Positions 26,170 through 41,800 of a stretch of DNA of 64,000 nucleotides are shown one piece after another. Within the stretch, counting starts at the first letter, position 1. Each line of letters starts with the position of its first letter. The position numbers and the translations under genes were made by a program. The DNA lies in NCBI RefSeq assembly GCF_009914755.1, contig NC_060930.1; one strand, 5' to 3'. The notes under the pieces are model-generated. The model worked only from the letters and a program-made list of their open reading frames with translations, did not search any database and was not told the DNA's origin. This stretch comes from the human T2T-CHM13v2.0 reference genome, Homo sapiens.

Positions 26170-28400
26170 GACTAGAATAATTCAAGCAGAAGCAATAAAC
26201 AAAAACATAATTGAAAGAAAAAAAAAACAACTTCCTACACTGAAAAAAAAACCCTGAATTTTAAATTAAAAGGGATCCAAGTATATTACCAAAAATAAAG
26301 AAAAAGACATCATCTCAACACATCCTAGCAATCTTTTAAGTACAGAGATTAAGAAAAATGAATTCACTAAAAAGATACAGAATAATATGATACCATTTAT
26401 ACAAAGAAAACACATACACCTTCAAAATAAGTGTTTTGAAACTATATATAATATATATAATTATATATATATTATTATATAGATATATATATAGGATTTA
26501 TAAATATGTATGCAAAATTATAAAGAAATGGCCTAAAAAGTTACATTTTAAATTCTAATAGTGGTTGTTCTTGAGTGGTCGTAGAGGAGACTGGTGAGTG
26601 GAATAAGAAGTGCTGGTTAAAGGTTAAAGGGCACTTTAGCTATATCTGTAATGTTGATGGGAAGGGAATGGAAGGGGAGGGGAGGGAAGAAGGAAAGAAG
26701 GGAGGGAAGGAAAGGAAGAAAGGAAGAAAGAGACTTGAAGCAAGTGTGACAGAATATAAATATGTTCATTCCAGGTATTGGGAGTATTAATGTCTATTTT
26801 ATTCCTTGTATTTTTTAGTGCCTTTAGAACTTATCTAAATAGAAGAAGGAGAAGTTTTACAAACAACCAAACTGGGTAGGAGTAATTCTTACAAAGGGAA
26901 AATAAAATCAATCTGAGCTCAGATGTCTCCTCCATATACTAAATCCAAAAAGATAGTTTTGACAAAAGAAAAACAAAAACCCTAAAACTGTACACCCAGC
27001 CAAGTTGTCAGTCATGTATTAAGGAAATAGAAAAACACCCTCAGGCATACAGGGGTCCACCTAGAAAACATACCAAACTCTTCCTCTTCTTTAAAAAAAT
27101 AGCTAAATACCAACTACAGTCAGATGAGTGATAAATCAGAATAAAAAGCTGTGAGTTGTAGTATAAAAAGACTAGCAGTAAATACCGCAGGCCGTCAAAG
27201 GCAAAAATAATGGCATACATGGATACAAAATCAAATACATAAATCTAGAAATTTTCTTTAAAGATGTGAAAAGTAAAAGAATAATAATTTAGCAATAATC
27301 TGGATCCCCAAACTCAGTAGGAAGAACAAGGGTGGGAGGAGGGGTAGTGAAGTGTAGCAGAGAATGGAAAATAAAGTAAAATAATGCTAAAAAAAATCTT
27401 ATACAGGAGAGTCGCAGGGAGATCGATAACTAAATTATCTCATCTTCAATGAAATATAGACTGAGGGAAGTTTGTAAAAAATGAAGAGTTCAGCAATATG
27501 AAATTTCAAGCAGGATGTGAGCCCTACAAATCACTGAAGGAAACAACAAAATATGCCCCAGATAGCAAAATACTGAAAACAAAATATTAATAATAATTTA
27601 AAAGCTGAAAGTATAAAACATAATATAAGTAAACACAAACATATTAGTGATCAGAGAAATAAATTTTAAATAATGAGGTATACATAAATAAATTAGACTC
27701 TGTAGTGGCTGTTTCAGTCGATATGCCTACGCTTAAGGTTGAGTGCCCATTCCCTTACATACTTGGCCAAATTTTCAGAGATTGTTAACATCCGATATGG
27801 ACAAGTACATAAGGGAATGGGCACTCAAACTTAACAGTAGGAATGTCAACTGAAACAGCCACTACACAGCCTAATTTATTTATGTATATCAAATTTTGAA
27901 GTGAGCATATATACTACAGAAATGACAAATACAGATAATAATTTGTATGCCAAACACATAGTGACAATGATACATATGCTAACTTTTATGACAGTATTGT
28001 TTATGATAGCAAAAAAAAAAAGAAATAACCTAAATACCCATCAATAGCAAGATGGGAAATAAATCATGCTATACTCACTTAATCAATTATTACCCAACAA
28101 TTAAAAGAATGAATGGACCTATAATATGTGACATGGAAAAATTTCTAAGTTGGGAAGACTTAGAGAATCGGTAAGTTGGGAGGACAATGTGCAGAATAGT
28201 ATGTATAAATGCACCCATTTTGTTATAGTCCTAACCTGTGTATTCGTATATGTATATTTTTATGTAAATATATAGAAAAAAATGTCTGGAAGAATACATA
28301 GTAAACTTTTAATAAATACCACCGGGAGGCAAGTAGTTTTGCCCTCCTTATTCTATCTACTCTGAACAATTTGCATTTTTATACAGCGAATGTATCACTT
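26170..28400 (+). mobile_element. Ancient L1-family fragments (L1M/HAL1-like ORF1 pieces and L1MC/ME 3' ends)
   Basis: ATATGATACCATTTATAC; TTGTTTATGATAGCAAAA...AATAACCTAAATACCCATCAATAG; ATTAAAAGAATGA. Highly diverged, boundaries approximate. Confidence 0.6.
27677..27890. repeat. Long inverted repeat: 93-bp ungapped arms, 28-nt spacer
   Basis: 27677-27769 vs reverse complement of 27798-27890: 81/93 identical by hand alignment, no gaps. Confidence 0.95.
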
Positions 28401-28429
28401 GAGTGGTGGTTGTGTTTAGTTTTCTTACT

Positions 28430-29015
28430 GGCCTTACTCAAATGTCAGCTCTTCAATCTTCCCCTGACTCCCTGGATTTGCCTTTTCCTGGGTGACTCAA
28501 ATGCATGCCATACTTATTTCTACAATCACATGTGCACTATTACTTAGTAAAGAATTGTAGCCATGTTTTCTACCTAGGTGGTGAGCTTCCTTTAGGCAGA
28601 GACTCTATCTTACTTATCTCTGAATTCCCCACATCCAACACATGTCTGGCACATAGTAGGTTTTCATGGTTTAATCTAATGAATGAATTAATCAACCAAT
28701 CAAACAATATAGGAGTGAGACATGGTTAAGCTTTCCAAATTCTGTGGTTAGGTTATCCATGCCATACCTCACTCCAAGGCCTGTAGTGTATCAGGATGTA
28801 TCACTTGTAGTGTAACAGGGACTCTTCCTGGGAAGCAGTATAGTCATTAAGAGAAAGAGATCCAATTCCAGCTCCACCACTGCCCGGCTGGTGATGCCAC
28901 CATACATGTCACTTAACCTCTCTGTAATTCAGCTTCCTCTTCTGTGAGGAAGGGCTAATAACCATTCCTGTTTCACAGAACTATTGTAAACACTAAATGC
29001 GTTAAAATACTACCA
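28430..29015 (+). mobile_element. L2 3' end followed by a MIR
   Basis: GTGAGCTTCCTTTAGGCAGAGACT...TGGCACATAGTAGG...ATGAATGAAT; then GTCACTTAACCTCTCTGTAATTCAGCTTCCTCTTCTGT. Confidence 0.7.
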
Positions 29016-32000
29016 TTAGTTGTATTATACAAAGACATTTCTAGATAACAACAGGGAAGAAAATCAAAATTATTAACCAAACCTTCAAGGCATTGCCATT
29101 AAAGGACCCTGTCCCATGGGGTATAAGAGGAGGGACAAACATTCACACATCGTTGCAGTCCCTTCATGTTAGCACTTCTAAATACTGAGCCAAGGACAGC
29201 CACCCCCAGATGCTGCCCTATTCCCCACCACTCTGCCTCTCCTGCGCCGACCCTTGCCACCCCACCTCTTATGCCCCTTGATCCCCATCTGTATATTCCA
29301 CCATTCCCAACCCTGGAGTCAATCCTATTCCAAATCATGGGAAAAATATAATAAGCCCTTGGCCATCTCTATAATTTTGGAATTTTGAAATCTTGGAGAA
29401 GAAGTATAGGTTCTTCTGTATTAGAAAAGATCCCATTTCCAGAGAAGGCACAAATGCATGACAAGAACACTCCATCAATCCCTGTGGGGCACTACTTGAA
29501 ATTTTCCCACAAGCTGATCTTATAGAAGAGGGAGATTAAGAAAAGTGAAAGTTATTTTTCACAGGAGGCTCTAGTAGGGACAGAAAGTCATCATGAAAGC
29601 ATCATGACAGGTCCACCTGATCCCAGACTCAACCTCTGAATTGCTTCCACATTGTCTGTGCCACACAAGCTCCTGAGCCCTCTGCAGCCTGAAGAAATGA
29701 GTGAAATCTAAATGTGGTTCTGGGGTAAGAACCTACTTTCCATCTTGGAATCTCACAGAGACCCCAAAGCTAAATAAAAATTCCTTCAATTTCTCTTTTT
29801 TAAAAGATATTATTACTGCTGACTTATTTCAACTTTCAATTATTTGATTATAAGCGATCTTTTACATTTTCTGTTTGCTTATTTAATGTCTGTTTATTTT
29901 TTTATGAATTGTTCAAGTAGATTTCTGTCTTAATCTTGTGAGGTAGCATTTACCATAAACCTAAAACTCAGACACCTAAAACTAGCAGGACTATAGCAAA
30001 TAGGTTACTGTTTTATTTTTGAATGAGAAGGCCTTGATTCAGTGTTGAACAGCAAGAAGAATCAAAAGACTTTTATTCAACTTCAAGTACAAAATTATCT
30101 TTGAATTTGTTTATTTATCTCCTGAGATTAACCTGATAAACTGAACTCTTCATGGACTAGGACCCAGTGGAACAATTCTTTGGATTTCTAAAGCGGTAAG
30201 GCAGACCAGCACCCTCCGTGGCCAGTACAGAGAGGGCAGGCCAACCCTAGGATAAAGCAGAAGGGAACAAGCTTTGGGCATTGCTGTGGATGGAGAAGCC
30301 TGAGTGCTGCTTCTGGGCAGGTAAACATATGCCTGGATGTGCTGCAGGGATCTTAGCTTGTCCCCATCAATGTCCTCCTTTGAGTCAGAAGAAAACTTTT
30401 CAGTAATTGGGCAGAAGGGCAGTGGGCTACTTCTTTAAACTGTTGAAAGTCTCCTTTCAGCTCTCATGTCTCAGGCCAGAGAGACAACTTAGGGTGGCAT
30501 TCAGTTTCCTGGTCTCCAGGCTAAAGTAATCATTTTGAAAGCTGATTCCTCTGTGTTTCAGAGATGCTCCCCACAGATCTGAACTACTGGGGGTCTCCAA
30601 CCTGTCACAAGCCTAAGGGGGGAAAAACTAACAATATCCCTTTTAGTAACAGATTTCTGGTAAAATTTGGATCACTGGGCTGGAGCAATTCTCAGGCCAT
30701 AGTGGAGATGCCATCAAATTCTTTTCTTAATGGCATGGACTAACCGTCCTCTAGGACTACTGTCGGGAGCTTTTGTCCTAGGTCATGATTTCTGCTGACA
30801 TAATTGGAATATCTGAATCCATATGATAAGGAGTCCTGTTTCAAGTAATTTAGGCAGACTATGTACTTCAGAAAACAAGACTGAGCCATAAAAAGGGAGG
30901 AGGAGGCACACAGACCCTGAGATCTTTGGTGAGTGTGTCTCAGGCGGATCCGAAGCTGACAAACCATGTGAGTGTGTATGGCCATGAAAACTTTGAATTA
31001 TCTGCCAGACAGAGTAAGTGCCCTAAAACCAAAATACATTTTAAAATGCTTTTATTCTGAATATTTATTCATAGGTCAAGCCTCATATTTCATTCCATTA
31101 ATGCATTCATATTGCACCTGTTTTCCTCTCCCTTAGGTGCTTTACATATCCAAATGAACAAATACCAATTCACTTCAGGTTCCTTGGCTGTCTCTTAACT
31201 CTCGGCCTCTGACACTCTCCCTCCCTCCTACTGCTCTCTTGGCTCTTCTCAATCCCCAACCCTAAGTCCCATGATCCCCACCCTCAGAATCGCCCACATG
31301 TCTCTGTTTGTTTTGCCCCAAAAGATGCCAGACTGGAGATAATTTTTCTTTGATTTAAAATCCAGGCATAAAAAACTTTACCAATTCATCCTTGGCCCCT
31401 TAGTTCTAGAAAGAAGGTAATTAAAAAAAAAAAAAAGTTTGTTAATCCCAAGTGTGGCTTTTATCAAGATTCTTTAAATAACCCTTTGTTATTTAACCAG
31501 ACTCAATTGACCGCCTAACTGGTAAAAGGAAAAAAATATATATCACGGCTCATATTTAGCATAACAACCTAATCATCAGGTAAATTCCACTGAACAAGAA
31601 TTAGAGAAACCTGAAGACAATCTTCCCTTTTAGAAGGCTGAACTTAGAAACCTCGTATAATTCAACTCCACTGAAAGTACTGCTCCACTACCCTGGAAAA
31701 GCAACTCCATGGTTTATCTCTAGATTATTGGGTAGTAATTGTTTTTTGTCCACTTTTGATTAAAGTAAAAATACACCATTGTGCACAAAGGGATGTGTAC
31801 ATCTCATAAATTTTTACAAACTGAACACTCTTGCATAACTAGCACCAGGTCAAGATTTAGGGTGCTACCAGTACCCCAGAAGCCTCCCTCATGGCTCCTC
31901 CCAGTCATTAACTCAACCAAATGCAACTACAAGTCTGACTTCTACCTCAATAGATGAGCTTTGCCTGGTTTTGAACTTTATATTAATGGAATTATACCAA

Positions 32001-32734
32001 ATGCACTCTTTTATATCTGACTTCTTTTGCTCACATATTATGTCCATGAGATGAATCTACATTGTGGTGGGTAGCATTAATGCATTCTTTTTTGTTGCCA
32101 TTGTTTGTTCCATTATATGAATGTACCACAATTTGTTCATTCATTCTACCTTTGATGGACATCGGAATTGTTTCCAGTTTTGGCAATGGTGAATAATGCT
32201 GCTACAAACATTCTAGTATATGCCTTTTGGTACACACACCTGTGAATGTCTGTTGGGTTTATACCTAAGAGGGGAATTGCTGCATCATCAGGTATGCATA
32301 TATTAAGCTTTAAAAGATACTGTCAAAGTTTTCCAAAGTAATTTTACCAATTTACACTCAATGAAAATTTCAATTCTGCACATCCTCTACAACATTTAGT
32401 ATTGTCAATTTGTAAAATTTTAAGCATTCTCATAGGTGGTTAGCTGGAGCTCCTTGTGGTATTAATTTGCATTTCCCTAATGGCTGTTGATGTTGAGCAA
32501 CTTTTTATATTATATGCCTGTTGGCTATGGAGGTACTCCCTTTTAAAATGTGCCAGTTTGAGTCTCTTGTCCACTTTTAACTGATTTTTTCTTATTTGTA
32601 GGAAATTTTTAAATAAATTCTGGATGCTAGTCCTTTGTCTGATATTTATAATGTAAATATTTTCTTCTGTCTAATGTAAATATCTTCCTCTGTTGCTTGC
32701 CATTTTATTCTCCTTAAAGTAAGAAAAGATTCTT

Positions 32735-33840
<1,106 letters not shown>

Positions 33841-34109
33841 TTTTAGGATCTCCATGGTGGGAAGGAAGGCAGGCTCTTCCTATCCACAGTGAACCTGGCT
33901 ATGAAGAAAACTCACCAATCATCTCCTTCCTGCTAATCACATGTTAATGAAACTAAGCCCTTTTTAACAATGTCACTGTTTGCAAGAGTCTGATTCTTTA
34001 AGTATATTAATCTCTTTGTAATCTCTTCTGAAATCATTGTAAAGAAATAAAAATATTGAACTCACAGCAAGAGAATAGTTTTTAAAATAAATCTCAATTT
34101 GTAAGCATC

Positions 34110-34470
34110 TGTGTTAGTCACTTTGGGCTGCTATAACAAATTACTATAGATGGAGTGTCATAGACAACAAACATTTATTTTTCAGTCTGGAGGCTAGGAA
34201 GTGCAAGATCAAGGTGCCAGCAGATATGGTATCTGGTTAGGGCCCACTTCCTAGTTTGCAGATGGTCCTCTTCTTGCTACATCCTCACATAGCAAGAGCA
34301 GAGAAAAAAAGCAAGCTCTTATGTGTCTTTTTATAAGGACACTAATCCTGTTCATGGGGGCACTACCCTTATGACCTAATTACCTCCCAAAGGCCCCACC
34401 TCCTAATGTATCATATTGGGGGTTAGGATGTCAACACATGACTTTGGGGTGATACAAATAGCCCATTGCA
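34110..34470 (-). mobile_element. MaLR LTR MLT1A-like, inside the retrocopy 3'UTR
   Basis: TGTGTTAGTC...GGAGGCTAGGAAGTGCAAGATCAAGGTGCCAGCAGAT...TAATTACCTCCCAAAGGCCCCACCTCCTAA; TSD-like GCATC/GCATA. Confidence 0.88.
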
Positions 34471-34561
34471 GCATATACAATTAAAATGTAAATATGAAGA
34501 AAAAAGGAAGTTTTTGTTTTTTTTGTGGGGGGTGGGGTTAAGGAAGAAGATAGTAATTTCA

Positions 34562-34784
34562 GGACTAGGCATTGTAGCTCATGCCTATAATTCCTGCACT
34601 TTGGGAGGCCAAGGCAAGAGGATCACTTGCTGCCAGGAGTTCAGGACCAGCCTAGTTAATAGAGAGAGGCTAAGGTAGGAGGATTATTTGAGCCCAAGAG
34701 TTTGAGGCTGCAGTGAGCTGTAATCATGCCACTGCACTCCAGGGTGACAGAGCAAGACCCTGTACCTAAATAATAATAATAATA
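34562..34784 (+). mobile_element. AluJ with internal deletion and (TAA)n tail, inside the retrocopy 3'UTR
   Basis: Left arm to GACCAGCCTAG joined to right arm GAGCCCAAGAGTTTGAGGCTGCAGTGAGC...AGACCCTGT. Confidence 0.85.
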
Positions 34785-35916
34785 ATTTCCACTTTATTTT
34801 TCAATATTCAAATATTTTTATATAATTCTGCATTGTTCTGTATGTAGATCCTAATTTTAAAATTTTACACCATCATAGATGAACAAAGGTAGGAAGCAGT
34901 TTGGCTTCAATAGCTTACAGTAAAAGAAGTAAAGGAGTTCAGCCTCAAAACGATATTGTTGATCTGTCATGTTATGAAAAATAATCCAGTGTTTATACTT
35001 AACGGATGCCATCCCTTATTAATTATTTACTATTTTCTTAGTCTAAGTAAACACTCTTTATTAAAATAAGCAATGATACTTGACATGGGCCTAAGAAATA
35101 TATAGTTAGCTAACTGACAACATTGTCAGTTAGAGGGATTTCTTTTTTAAATTAAGTACAGATTTCTTCACCAAACTCCAGGATAACAGAAAAGAGGACA
35201 TAAAATTTGGACATAGTCTCTGGATAAATAAATGTAAATTTAAATATAAATCATATAACAGGAAACGAAATTAAAGAAAATAAATTTTTCAAGAAAAGTA
35301 AATTTATGGATGATAATTCTGTAACATAGTCAGGGCAAAGTTTTTTCTTTTTATTTTAATTTAAGGATTTTATGTTTGTTTTTCACTTGTTGTAACCTCA
35401 CATGACCAAATGGTATGATGCACACTGAGATACTCAATAAATGTGCAGTTATTCTTAGCCTTTTTTCCTAGAACTTTAATATTAACAAGGAAAATTTTGA
35501 AGTGCACAATGAAAAGATAACACTTTGTGTATGGGGAAGAATATCATGCAGTTGATGACAGTACATTAAAATTCACACAAAAGGACATTTTGACTAGCAT
35601 TCCGAAAGAGTCCATTGATTATAAGATTATCTATGAGGTTTTGGACCAGGCATTACACTACTGAATTATGGCTAACTTTGGTTTGTGATCTAGACCAAGT
35701 CACCTAATCTATCTTGGATTTTAGTTTTCTGGTTTATGAAATTAAGGAGTTAAGCTAAATGACTTGGGTTTCTTTTCATGTATCATAATCAAAATGCTGT
35801 AACTTCTCTAGTGAATTCATAGAACACTGACTCTTATAACTATGTCATGAAATACTTTATGCTGTGAACAGGTATACGTGTATAATATATGTATAGCTAT
35901 GAACAAATAAATTTTA

Positions 35917-35922
35917 AATAAA
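35917..35922 (+). terminator. Distal polyadenylation signal of the copied BDH2 mRNA
   Basis: AATAAA 15 nt before the A-run at 35938. Confidence 0.7.
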
Positions 35923-36608
35923 TGCACAATGAATTCTAAAAAAAAAAAGAGAGAGAAAAGAAAATATTCTCAATTTGAATAAAGTCAGTGCACTAGCCTT
36001 TCAGTTTATGGTTTGTTCTTCTTGCATCTTTTTAAAGAAATCTTTGCATGTTCCAAGGTTTTAAGTACATTCTCTAATACATTAAATACATTGTTATATT
36101 CTGGAAAATTTATTTCACATTAAGATCCATGATCTAAGAATTTATTTTTGTTTATGGTCCGGGATAGGTAGCAAAGTTTGTTTTGTTTTGTTTTTTCCCA
36201 AATTTCAACCAGTTGATTCATCACCATTTACTGAAGGAAGAAAAATAGCCTTTGGCACTGTACTACTGTGGCACCTTTGTCATAAATAAGGTGGCCAGGG
36301 ATATATGCGGGTCTGTTTCAGGACTTTTTCTTCTGTTCCTTTAGCCAATGTGTTGATCCTTGGACCAAGGAAGTAGTGTTAATTACTGTGGCTTTATAAG
36401 AAGTTTTGGAATCTGGAATTCTATACTCTTTAAGTTTGTCTTCACTCTTCTTCAGGATTGTCTTTACTATTCTTGATGGTTTGCATGTATATATAAATTT
36501 CAGAATCAGTTTGTCAATTTCCACCAAAAAAAAAAAAAATGCTAGAGTTTTTCTTAAGATGGCATTGAATCTATATTTCAATTTGGTGAGAATACCCATC
36601 TTTTCAAT

Positions 36609-37585
<977 letters not shown>

Positions 37586-38637
37586 TGATATTGAGCCTTC
37601 TAATCCATTAACTTGTTACAGCTTCCTACTTAATTTCTTTCTACTTTAATTTCTTTCAGCAATATTTTATAGTTTTCTGTGTAGAAGCCTTGCATATCTT
37701 TATTTTCCCTATTTAATATTTTTTGATGCTAGTAAAATTTTAAAAATCATTTCCTAATTTGATGTGGCTGATATATGCAGATACAATTGATTTTTATATA
37801 TTGACTTTGTTGTATACAGTGGCCATGCTAAATTAACTATTATTAATTCTAATAGTCAATTTTTGTAGATTCTTTTGGAATTTCCAAGTATACAGTCCTA
37901 TCATCCACAAACCAAAACAGTTTTATTTCTTGCTACATATTACATATGTCTTTTGTTTCATTTTCTTGTCTTATTGCACTGACTAGGAATTCCAATACAA
38001 TGATTCATAAAAATGGCAATAGCAGACATCCTTGCTTCATTTTTGACACCAGGGGCAAGGTTTTTAGTGTTTAATCATTAAAAGTGACATTTGTGGTTAG
38101 CTTTTAAAAATACTTTTTATTATTAAGAAAGTTACTTTCTATTTCTACTTTGCAAAGGATTTTTTCATGAATTGGTGTTAAATTTTATCAAATGCTGTTT
38201 CTTAATTTTTTGAGATGATCATATTTATTTTCTCCTCCATCCTGTTAAAATTTATACAGAATTCCACTATGTTCAGAGAACATACTCCATATGATTTTGA
38301 CTTTTTGAAATTTGTTGAGACACATTTTATGACCCAGCTTACAGTGTATTGTGGCAAATGTTTCTCATGTACTTGAAAAGAAACTATACGTCTACAGTTG
38401 TTCAGTACGGTGTTCTATATAGAACTGGAAAATTGGAAATTAAGCAATTCACTACCAATTAACCTATGCAATAAAAAAAAGTCATGAAACTTAAGTAAAG
38501 CAGCGCTTAGAGAAAAATTTATAACCTTAATGCTTACGCTGGAAGAGGAATAACATTTCAATTTAGGATTGTTTTATTTTTATTTTCCTTTTGAAATGAC
38601 GCTTCTAATATAGTGAAATGCCTTTTCTTATATATAA

Positions 38638-38835
38638 CAGTGCTTCTCAACTGAGGACATTAGCAAGGTCTAAAGACAATTCTTGGTTGTCATGATTCAG
38701 GGCGGGGAATGTTGCTGACATCTAGTGAGTAAAGGTCAGGGATGCTTATAAGCATCCTGCAATGCACAGGATGGTCCCTCACAACAAAGAATTATCCAGT
38801 TCAAAATACCAATAGTGCTGAGTTGAAAAACCCTT
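38638..38835. mobile_element. MER20 (hAT-Charlie)
   Basis: CAGTGCTTCTCAAC...CATCTAGTGAGTAAAGGTCAGGGATGCT...CATCCTGCAATGCACAGGA...ACAACAAAGAATTATCCAG. Confidence 0.88.
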
Positions 38836-41800
38836 TTATGTAATAATACTTTTTGCCCTAAAATCTACATTGATAGTAATAGTTAGTAGAACCTGATGTA
38901 TCTTTTATCCTTTGACCGTCAACTTTTTGTGTGTTCTTATACTTTTTGTGTGTTCTTATACTCTTTTAAGTATAATATAACTGGATTTTTATTTTTATAC
39001 ATTCTGATAATATTTTATTTAACTTGAAGAATTTAGTCCGTTTATATTTAATATAAAGATGGATATATTTGGGTTCAAATCTGCTACCCTACAATTTATT
39101 TTCTTTTTGTAAACATATATTTTCCCCATTTTTTCTCTTATCTTGTCTTTCTTGTGATAATTGAAATATTTCTAAAAATTGTTTCATTCCCTCCCCCACT
39201 GGCTTGTTACATAGGGATTATTTGCTATTTTTTTAGTGGTTGCCTTAGAAATTACAACATGCATTTTTAACTTATTATCGTTTACTGCATATTAATACTT
39301 CTACCACTTCTCAGAAAACACAAGGGTCTTTGACACTTTAATTTACACAGTCCGTCTCCCTTGTATGATATTGTTGTCTTATATTTATATTCTAGAAACA
39401 TTTTAAACCTTACATTATAATTGTTGTTTTAAACAGGCAGTATATTGATTTATATTTTTTACATACTTACCCATTCTCCTCATTCCTTCCTGAAGTTTCA
39501 CATTTCCATTTGGGAATATTTTCCTTCCACCTGAAGAAATCCCTTTACAGTTTTGGGTTTTTTTTTTTTTTCTGCAAGAGATGAATTCCCTAAGCTTTTG
39601 TTTATTTCAAAATGTCATTTTTGTTTTATCTTCATTTTGAAAATATTTTCCTCAGTATAAAATGCTAGGTAGACTGTTTTCTTTCCACACTTTACAGATG
39701 CCATTCCATCATTACCTAGCTTTCATGAATTCTATTAAAAGTCAGTTGTAAATCATATTGCTGCTGCTGTGAACATGTTTCTTTTTTTCTGGCAACTTTT
39801 AAGATGTTTTTGTCTTTTTCATCAATTTTATTATTGTGTGCATACGTGTAGTTTTCTTTGCATTTATGCTACTTAATGATACATAAACTCCTGCCTCTAT
39901 GGTTTGATATCTCATGGGTTTGTGAAACTTCTCAGCCAATTTATCTTCAAATATTACTTATTTGACACATTATACTGTTACATGGACCCATTTTCTCTCT
40001 TTTCTCTTTCTGGAACTCCAATTACATATATTTAGGCCACTCACAATTTTCCATCTGTATCATATATTTCATACTTTTCATTCTTTTTTTTCCCTTTGTG
40101 CATTAATCTGGATAGTTTTTGCTGGCCTATCTTCCAATTAAACAATCCTTTTACTGAGTTCTAATCTGTTATTAAACCATCTATTGAATTATTAAACTTA
40201 GTAACAGGAATTTGAATTAGACAATTTCTATTTGATTCATTTTTATTGGTTCTTGCTCTCTGTGAAATTTTTAATTTTCTTCTCTATTTTGTTAAGCACA
40301 TTAATCATACTTATTTGAACACATGCCTGTGTCTGACAACCCCAAATCTGAATCATTTGTAGGTCTTGTTTTCCCCCTTGGGTTTTTGTTTTGTTTGTTG
40401 TTTTGGGGGTTTGTTTTGTTTGGAGTTTTAGGGGTGTGGCAGTTTGTTTTGGTTTTAGTCTTTTGGTCCTGTTTCCTATCATGCCAGCTAATTTTTTCTA
40501 TGTTAATGTATAAGCAACCCTCTCTGTGTATAAGTCCACAGAGAAGATTTAATTTTTTTTTCTTGAAGACAGATGGAGAACTATTAGATCATCTCGATCC
40601 AGGCAAGGTAAGTCTACTTCTGGTTTTCCCTTGTTCCTAGTTCTTGACCCTTTGGGAATCTCAACTGAAAGCCTAGAGTATTTACCAGAGTCCCTCCTCC
40701 TGAATTCCAGTTGAGCCTTCTCAGCACAGTGACTCTACCCTCTCTGCTTAGCTTTTTACCGTCTTGCAGCTACTTTCTGCTTAGTTAATCAGCATCTCAT
40801 CCCACATATGTACTTCTTAAAATGTGACAAATGACTGTAGGGGAAATTGCAGGTAGAATACGGGGCTCAATATTTTATAGTAAACTTTCCTCTAGTATCC
40901 TGCTCTTCAAGTCCTGACTGCCTCAGGAAACTTGAACCCTAATATTTGACTCCTAGCCCAATGAGTATCCTTCTACGACCCTTCTGTTCAGATTCTGCAC
41001 CCTGCCCCACAACTTGTAAACGTCCCAAAAGGAAAAATTGATAGGGAATGTAGGCCTCACTTTAATGCATTCTCCCTCTCTTGGGATCTTGACCTGTCAA
41101 GTCCTGACTGCCTTGATTTCCCTTTGCTGCCTTTAAAAATGTCTGTTTTCTAGATGTTCTTAGCAGGAGAGTTAGTCTGATACTAGCTACTCAATCTTAA
41201 TCAAAAGCATGAGTGGTAATTACTTTTTAATAGGCTACAAGCAATACAAAGTTAAGAACTAATTGGATTTATTAAATTATTTGGTTAATTAAACTAATAA
41301 CTACCTTGAATTTCCACAGCACTGCTCTTCCAATGATTTCAAAGTATTTTAGCACATTAACAAAGGACCATTACTAGTTTCCTCCAGCTCTAACTTATAA
41401 ATTTTAAATTGATGTAACAGAAGAAAATAACTTAAGTTCATAGGCATGAGGTATCCAGAAAAATTAGATAAAAAGAGGTACTAAATATGCTGATTGCCAA
41501 AATCATCAGAATGATTTGAAATCCCAAGAAATAGACTCCCCCTAAGTACACTATGATTCATATTAAGCTTGTAGTTGCCCATATCCTCTGGTGTTCTAGA
41601 GGGATATGGAAAGTATGTAGCATGTGCTTAGTGCTGGTTTGGTTACATCATCAAACAGAGTAAGCAGATTGGTATCAAGGCTTCTCAGAAAGTTTTTAGA
41701 AACATAATTATAGTAAAATAATTGTCTGTAAGACTTATGAGACAACAAATACTGTCATTAAACATTGGTTTCTTATGTAAGTGGAATCGTAACAGTATTA

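Noticed and set aside
34046-34091. Proximal AATAAA motifs as the end of the retrocopy
   Set aside because: No A-tail or TSD follows them. The tail, TSDs and host L1 resumption are at 35938-35971.
38922-38962. 19-bp tandem duplication ACTTTTTGTGTGTTCTTAT x2 (similar small slippage repeats at ~17889-17911 and ~32650-32693)
   Set aside because: Ordinary replication slippage in neutral sequence.
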